From an uncultured virus (IMG/VR IMGVR_UViG_3300006417_000225) (lineage: Duplodnaviria > Heunggongvirae > Uroviricota > Caudoviricetes), in IMG/VR virus record IMGVR_UViG_3300006417_000225: a stretch of DNA of 64,000 nucleotides. One strand, given 5' to 3'. Numbering within the stretch: the stretch's first letter is position 1; every line of letters starts with the position of its first letter. The position numbers and the translations under genes were made by a program. The notes beneath the pieces were generated by a model that was not told the DNA's origin, did no database searches, and saw only the letters and a list, made by a program, of their open reading frames with translations. Of this stretch, positions 58,737-64,000 are shown one piece after another.

Positions 58737-59863
58737 AGCACTATCGATAAAGCCCCTACGGTTCCATTGTAATAGATATCTCCCTGTATAAGACCATTTG
58801 AAATAGCATCCTCATTGTTTGAGAAGCCGTTTATTTGCTTAATGCTAAGGTTTGTCCATCTGTTGTATAGCACGTTGTTTCTGCCCCAATCGCTACTATC
58901 ATACCCGCCAAGCGAAAAGCCTTCTACACCACGCTGTACCACTGCTGCTCCCATTTCTGCGTCATTCAGGTTAAGAATATTGTTTTGCGACAATCTGACC
59001 ACCACAGGATGTTGCGTACTCGCAATTATTTTGCATCCTGTATATGCACCTGTGTTGCATGTTATAGTAGATGAACCTACAAAATCAATATCTCCATAAC
59101 CAGACACAATATTATATATTAACGCCTGATTGTTTGCAGTGTAATTAATCGTATAAGGACCACTTATGCTTAATTTAGCCCCAAATTGTAGTCCAATTGC
59201 CTCGCCTGTTGCATAACTAAGCGTTAATGAGCCGCCTTGCAAATAAATATACGAGCTTATCGCCTGTAATGCAGGTCTGTTAGGCGCATCTATCGTACAG
59301 CTAAGCATCTGTAGAACCGAGTGCCATACCTGTAACGTTTGATTAAATCGGATGTAAGATGAATTAATTACTATATATTTACCATAGATAGCCCTTGAGC
59401 TATTAAGCGTTGCGTAATTCATTATACTACTGCCAATAATGTATACTGAAGCTCTTTGATAACTACAACGACTAATCCAATCAAACGCCTTGTCAAGGGT
59501 AAGAAATGAAGCAGTAGGATAATCCGTGTCAGGCAGAGAATCATTACCACTAACTATATCAACCGTAACAGTTGCCGTATTGCTCGAAAATATCAGATTG
59601 TCAGTTGTTATGTCATCCGCTGAAAGCAGGTCAGTAGTCACGCTATTAAACACCACATCATCAGGCAAGCTCCCTTCAATACCAACATACTGTGTCCCAT
59701 CCCAATAATATAAATTATTTGTATCTTTTGCTATATATAGAACTCCTTCTTTTCCGCTATCAGGAAAAGCATTTATATCTTCATAAGCTATTACAGACTT
59801 TATACAGCATAGCTTTTTGTTTAATTTTTCAAGCTCTTTCTGTGTGTCAAATGTTATTTTCAT
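58733..59863 (-). CDS. Tail fibre/spike protein with a beta-helix-like domain, 376 aa
   Basis: FPDSGKEGVLYIAKDTNNLYYWDG adaptor, VDIVSGND..FLTLDKA beta-helix cap and a C-terminal NEDAISNGLIQGDIYY motif; GC-rich. Confidence 0.65.
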   Translation of the reverse strand: MKITFDTQKELEKLNKKLCCIKSVIAYEDINAFPDSGKEGVLYIAKDTNNLYYWDGTQYVGIEGSLPDDVVFNSVTTDLLSADDITTDNLIFSSNTATVTVDIVSGNDSLPDTDYPTASFLTLDKAFDWISRCSYQRASVYIIGSSIMNYATLNSSRAIYGKYIVINSSYIRFNQTLQVWHSVLQMLSCTIDAPNRPALQAISSYIYLQGGSLTLSYATGEAIGLQFGAKLSISGPYTINYTANNQALIYNIVSGYGDIDFVGSSTITCNTGAYTGCKIIASTQHPVVVRLSQNNILNLNDAEMGAAVVQRGVEGFSLGGYDSSDWGRNNVLYNRWTNLSIKQINGFSNNEDAISNGLIQGDIYYNGTVGALSIVL

Positions 59864-60300
59864 TGCTCTCTTGCTTTTTTATAGCTCTCATACGCCCTGC
59901 TTCGCTGTGCATCTGTAAGCGTAAAAGAATTGTTCTCAATATAAGAATCCCATATAACAGCCTCATATTTGTGCTTATGGTCAAGTATTGGCATTTGTTT
60001 GTCCATCAATGATTTTAAGTCTTCAATAGTAATGCCAAAAAACTCATTAACTTCAGGAATCAGAAACTTACCTGCTGACATAGGTATATTATGTTCAATA
60101 TGCCAATCAAGAAACTCCTTTTTGGGCTTATTTACAAACTGAAAATGACACTTCTTATTAAAATCAGAATATTGTCTGTAATGCTTAAAAGACTTAGAAT
60201 CCTCTATAATTTCAAGCACATCATCATCCTTTGACTTAAACCCATCTATTCCTGCAAAGAAGTAGTTACTACCTATATTAAATACCTTTACTATCTGCAT
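59860..60300 (-). CDS. Hypothetical protein (146 aa)
   Basis: ATGA-coupled ORF within the tail-fibre insert. Confidence 0.65.
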   Translation of the reverse strand: MQIVKVFNIGSNYFFAGIDGFKSKDDDVLEIIEDSKSFKHYRQYSDFNKKCHFQFVNKPKKEFLDWHIEHNIPMSAGKFLIPEVNEFFGITIEDLKSLMDKQMPILDHKHKYEAVIWDSYIENNSFTLTDAQRSRAYESYKKAREQ

Positions 60301-60310
60301 AATTCTCTTT

Positions 60311-61968
60311 TTATGACCATGCTCCAGTCATGCCTGTTTTGGATTTAACTATTTTATTTAGCGTTGTTGGGTCGTAATATTCTGCCATGTATTTACCTGT
60401 AGCTGTGCTCGTAGAATGTGTCACCTGCCTGAATCTTATTACACTCTCAATATTATTTGCACCAACCCACCCTATAAATATTGATGAGTTGCCATTATCA
60501 AGACTTACTTTATTTGCAGGATCATAACCAGTTACTCCACTCTCTATTATTATTTTCGGGAAGTTGAAAAACGAATATGATGTACCTGATAATGTCCAAT
60601 TATAACAATAATTACCTGATGTCCATGAAGAACAATTATTACCTNNNNNNNNNNNNNNNNNNNNNNNNNNNNNNNNNNNNNNNNNNNNNNNNNNNNNNNN
60701 NNNNNNNNNNNNNNNNNNNNNNNNNNNNNNNNNNNNNNNNNNNNNNNNNNNNNNNNNNNNNNNNNNNNNNNNNNNNATTACCTGTTGACCATGAAGAACA
60801 ATTATTACCTGTTGACCATGAAGAACATCCATTACCTATTGTCCAATAAGAACAATAATTACCTATTGACCAATTATAACATTCATTACCTGTTGACCAA
60901 TTATAACATTNNNNNNNNNNNNNNNNNNNNNNNNNNNNNNNNNNNTGACCAATTATAACATTCATTACCTGATGTCCATGAAAAATTATTACTACCAGTT
61001 GACCAATCATAACAACCGTAACCAGTAGTATTATTACGATTCCACCAACCTAATATAAAATTATGATTACATAGACCTATTTTATTATTATACGTTCCAC
61101 CCCCACTCCCACTTTCTTCTGAACCAACATCACAAAATACAATTCCACAGTTGATGTATTGGCACATATAATCATTGTCATCTATAATTGTTTTATCATA
61201 ATAATTTTGTATCTCATTATCTAAAACCACTGATAAGAAATATCCACCTATATATAAATCAACAAACCTCATAATTGAAGCATCTCTCGCTACCACATCA
61301 GTAAAACCATTTTCAATAATCTCCGTAGCATCATTAAATGTGTACAGATATACATTGTTTGGCAGGTCAGAATAAACACCGGAGAACACAGCAGGTAAAA
61401 ACTGTATATTCTTAAAGTCATACCCACATCTGTTATTATTCTCATCAATCATCTCATAGATTACACCCTTTCCATTAATTTCATCAGCCCAAATAAACCG
61501 AGTAATATCATTGTCAATGCAATATTTAAGTTTCCATGCTTCAAACTTGATATGATTAGGGAAATAAGTATCTTCAGCATGACGCATGGCACTTGCTTGT
61601 TCACTCAATACCTTAACACTCAAAGCTTCTACTACTATATCAAATTGATGTCCTGCACTCTGCGTATTAATTTGTGTTGTGGTACAAGCATAATCTGTTA
61701 TACGATATTTTATACCAGGAATAAGGTTTCCACTATCTCTATTTGATAATAAATTACTATATGTTGTTTCTATTAATAATGGAGTCTCCGATGAAACAAC
61801 ATTCCATTGACTGCCATCCCATACATACAAATCACCATTATATATAACAACCTTACTATTATTCCCTACAGGAGCATCTACAGGAATATCATCTAATACT
61901 GGTATATTACCGCCTGCACTACAATATTGTATTACGGCATTTTTTATATCTTCTTCCTTATATGCCAT
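60311..61968 (-). CDS. Tail-fibre protein with 9-aa beta-helix repeats; probably one gene (about 550 aa) broken by assembly gaps
   Basis: The N-terminal LIPG..YRITDY..WADE..GKGVIY..YDFKNIQF domain and the GNxCxxW(S/T)x repeats continue across both N-gaps in three different frames. Confidence 0.65.
60590..61030 (-). repeat. 27-nt tandem repeat array (GNxCxxW[S/T]x), partly gapped
   Basis: Repeated ATTACCTGTTGACCA(T/A)..AACA units flank the N-runs at 60645-60776 and 60911-60945. Confidence 0.8.
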
Positions 61969-61987
61969 TATCTTTTATATAAATTTA

Positions 61988-63073
61988 TTAATATGTTGAA
62001 AACAATGTCATCTTATTTGCTCCTAAATATACAAAAACAGCACCATGTCCAGGAGTTATACTAAAAGGTGGAGACCCATATCCTATAAAACTATAAGATC
62101 CTATACTTATAGTTATATTACCACTTGACCTTGTATTATTTATACCCAATAAACTTCCAGGTGCTACTCCTAATGGAGAGACAATACTGACACTTGTTAT
62201 TGCATCTGCATCTTCAAAATAGTTAAAACTATTCCAATTCATTGTTGTGTTTGTATGGTTTACTGTCAAAGCCATACCATCTGCCCCATCATTACCTTTT
62301 AAAGAAGATAAAGTTATAAGATTTACCCATGATTCCCCTACATATCTCCATCTTATATAAACTCCATTGTTATCAAGCTCTATTTCTTTACCATCTTCTC
62401 CTTTTAATGTATCCAAAGCTACTAAGTTATTCCAAGAAACATCTCCTACATATCTCCATTTAATATAGGTACCATCATTTGATAATTGAATTTCTTTCCC
62501 ATTAGTACCATTTGTTCCATTAATACCATTTGTTCCATTAGTACCATTTATTCCTGGACTACCATTAGCTCCTGATGGCCCAATTAAACTATTTAAAAAA
62601 TCAGTAACAGTTCCTGAATTACCATTCTCTAACCATAATTCATATGCACTTTTACCATTTAAACCATCTGCCCCTGGAGGCCCAGGTAATCCTGCTACAG
62701 AAAAAAATGGACTCCATGATCCAAAATTTTTTACATAAATTTGACCTGTTGGAGTTCTAAAAAAGAAATCACCATTTTTCCCTTGTGAGTTATCTGGAGC
62801 TGAATTACCTGATAACCATTCAGTTGTAGGTTCTTTTATTCTTTTTACAGAGTATACATTTAGCTCATTTGTAAATAATCTCCAAACATAATCTGGAACA
62901 TCCCCTGTATTTTTATACCATAATAATGAGCCTTCTGCATTATCAAATGGAACATTTAGATTTGCCCATACAAGAACTTCATTATCAGTTGGAACATTTA
63001 CGTCAATAAAAGCACTTCCTGGTATCTGATAAGATACAGAATCTTTATGAATTTTTTGTTCAAATGAAGCCAT
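61988..63073 (-). CDS. Collagen-like tail-fibre protein, 361 aa
   Basis: GPPGADG, GKSAYELW..GT..FL.SL.G, (GxN)n triplets and two GKEI.L...G.YI.WRYVG..SW.NL repeats. Confidence 0.75.
   Translation of the reverse strand: MASFEQKIHKDSVSYQIPGSAFIDVNVPTDNEVLVWANLNVPFDNAEGSLLWYKNTGDVPDYVWRLFTNELNVYSVKRIKEPTTEWLSGNSAPDNSQGKNGDFFFRTPTGQIYVKNFGSWSPFFSVAGLPGPPGADGLNGKSAYELWLENGNSGTVTDFLNSLIGPSGANGSPGINGTNGTNGINGTNGTNGKEIQLSNDGTYIKWRYVGDVSWNNLVALDTLKGEDGKEIELDNNGVYIRWRYVGESWVNLITLSSLKGNDGADGMALTVNHTNTTMNWNSFNYFEDADAITSVSIVSPLGVAPGSLLGINNTRSSGNITISIGSYSFIGYGSPPFSITPGHGAVFVYLGANKMTLFSTY
62499..62570 (-). repeat. 9-nt tandem repeat encoding G-x-N collagen-like triplets
   Basis: Encodes GANGSPGINGTNGTNGINGTNGTNG. 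Confidence 0.7.
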
Positions 63074-64000
63074 TATTTAATATAATAATTTATACCATTA
63101 GTAAATAAAGTTACACTTGTTTTTGACTCTGGTGGAAAATCAAAATAAGAACCACCATCAATTTGAACACCACCACCAACAGTTAGTTTAATACCTCCTG
63201 GTGATACATAATTATTTACTCTTTTAAACGTTATACTTCTTGTATGACCTGCTGCTAATCCAAGTGTTGAAGGGTCTGGTAATGTTATTATTTTAACTGT
63301 TCCATCTGAATCATTTACAAGATAATTATCTTTTAAACTAACAGCAACTAATGTTGTAGAGGCTACTATCTGATTTAATTCAATTGTTTCATATGCATTT
63401 GTATCTATTGTAACAGAAGTACCATCAATAGCTGTATGAGTATAAGTTCCATCATTATTATTTACAATAGCATCTGTAAAAGCAGCATTAAAAAATGCTG
63501 GTATAGTTACAGTTGCTGGTCCAGATGTTTCATATTCATCTCCACCAACAATACACCATATAGAATATGTAAAACTGGCTGGCATTGAAGGATTTAAAAC
63601 ATATCCTGTAGCATTATAAGTACCATCAGTTTCTATATTAAAACTATTAGATAGATTTACAAGAGAACCTGTAAGCCTAAATTCTGTAATTCCATGGTTA
63701 CATAATGTATCAGTATTAGCTAAATTACCACATAAGCATGATTTTGCATTTCCTAATGCTCCAGCAGATGGAGCACATGTTGTTACTGTTACAGTTTCTG
63801 TATATGTATTATTTCCAGCATTTGGGTCTATATTATCCCCTGATACTGTAGCTGTTAATGTAAAAGGACCTTCAGTTATATCAATAATTTTTGTTTTTAC
63901 TTTTAAAGTAAAAGATTGACCAACTTGTAATAGTCCTATATTCCATGTAACCTCTTTTGTTACATTATTAAAAGTTACTGTACCAACATTTGAAGGAACT
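63073..64000 (-). CDS. DUF11/Ig-like domain virion protein, 5'-truncated by the window edge
   Basis: The frame of the 170-aa ORF is open to the window end: VTWNIGLLQVGQSFTLKV..TLTATVSGDNIDPNAGNNT, a DUF11-type pattern. Confidence 0.7.
   Translation of the reverse strand, partial: VPSNVGTVTFNNVTKEVTWNIGLLQVGQSFTLKVKTKIIDITEGPFTLTATVSGDNIDPNAGNNTYTETVTVTTCAPSAGALGNAKSCLCGNLANTDTLCNHGITEFRLTGSLVNLSNSFNIETDGTYNATGYVLNPSMPASFTYSIWCIVGGDEYETSGPATVTIPAFFNAAFTDAIVNNNDGTYTHTAIDGTSVTIDTNAYETIELNQIVASTTLVAVSLKDNYLVNDSDGTVKIITLPDPSTLGLAAGHTRSITFKRVNNYVSPGGIKLTVGGGVQIDGGSYFDFPPESKTSVTLFTNGINYYIK

Noticed and set aside
60590..61030. CRISPR array or DGR variable/template repeat
   Set aside because: The units are contiguous 27-nt coding repeats with no unique spacers. 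No reverse transcriptase or adenine-specific TR/VR pair is visible in the window.
5781..61746. The many short + strand ORFs (e.g. 10684-11121, 16477-16830, 50007-50384) and nested alternate-frame minus ORFs
   Set aside because: They are antisense or out-of-frame shadows of long genes, with biased F/L/S/I or Y/H/L composition and no motifs.
60311..61968. Programmed frameshifts or three separate genes
   Set aside because: The frame changes coincide with N-gaps of uncertain length, and the same repeat peptide continues on both sides.
2384..64000. Genome-wide stop-codon reassignment (TGA to Trp or TAG to Gln), as in some crAss-like phages
   Set aside because: Very long ORFs (5555, 1872, 1845 aa) are intact in the standard code, and TGA terminates genes in several NTGA overlaps. 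Only one isolated in-frame TGA was seen.
1..64000. tRNA, rRNA, integrase or transposase
   Set aside because: Intergenic gaps are short and AT-rich with no cloverleaf-like sequence seen by eye, and no recombinase or transposase motifs were recognised.

Overview
This is a very AT-rich 64 kb segment of a dsDNA phage genome. Its gene order and content match Crassvirales/phi14:2-like phages of Bacteroidota; this assignment is inferred from motifs and synteny, and no database search was run. Positions 1-2322 (+) are the end of a nucleotide-metabolism/replication arm (RuvC-like resolvase, HAD-like protein, dUTPase), closed by a hairpin terminator. Everything from 2384 to 64000 is one minus-strand virion module. 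In transcription order it holds: tail-fibre/adhesin genes (DUF11-like, collagen-like, 9-aa repeat, a GC-rich insert), a lipoprotein M10+M15 double peptidase, Cys-rich/Ig-like virion proteins, a metallophosphoesterase, ring/IHF-like/tail-stabilisation genes, two predicted ejected cargo proteins, and a 5555-aa virion RNA polymerase polyprotein (DFDVD catalytic loop, with nuclease, zincin and NADAR-like domains). The most unusual element is a four-gene cassette (5962-16940) between the vRNAP and the last cargo gene. Its proteins are built from two shared, shuffled carrier modules bounded by AxxG motifs. They carry different payloads: three ADP-ribosyltransferase-like domains and a lysozyme-like domain. 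This looks like a modular system for packaging effectors into the virion. Several tail genes also show in-frame stops, a lost start codon or non-ATG coupled starts.
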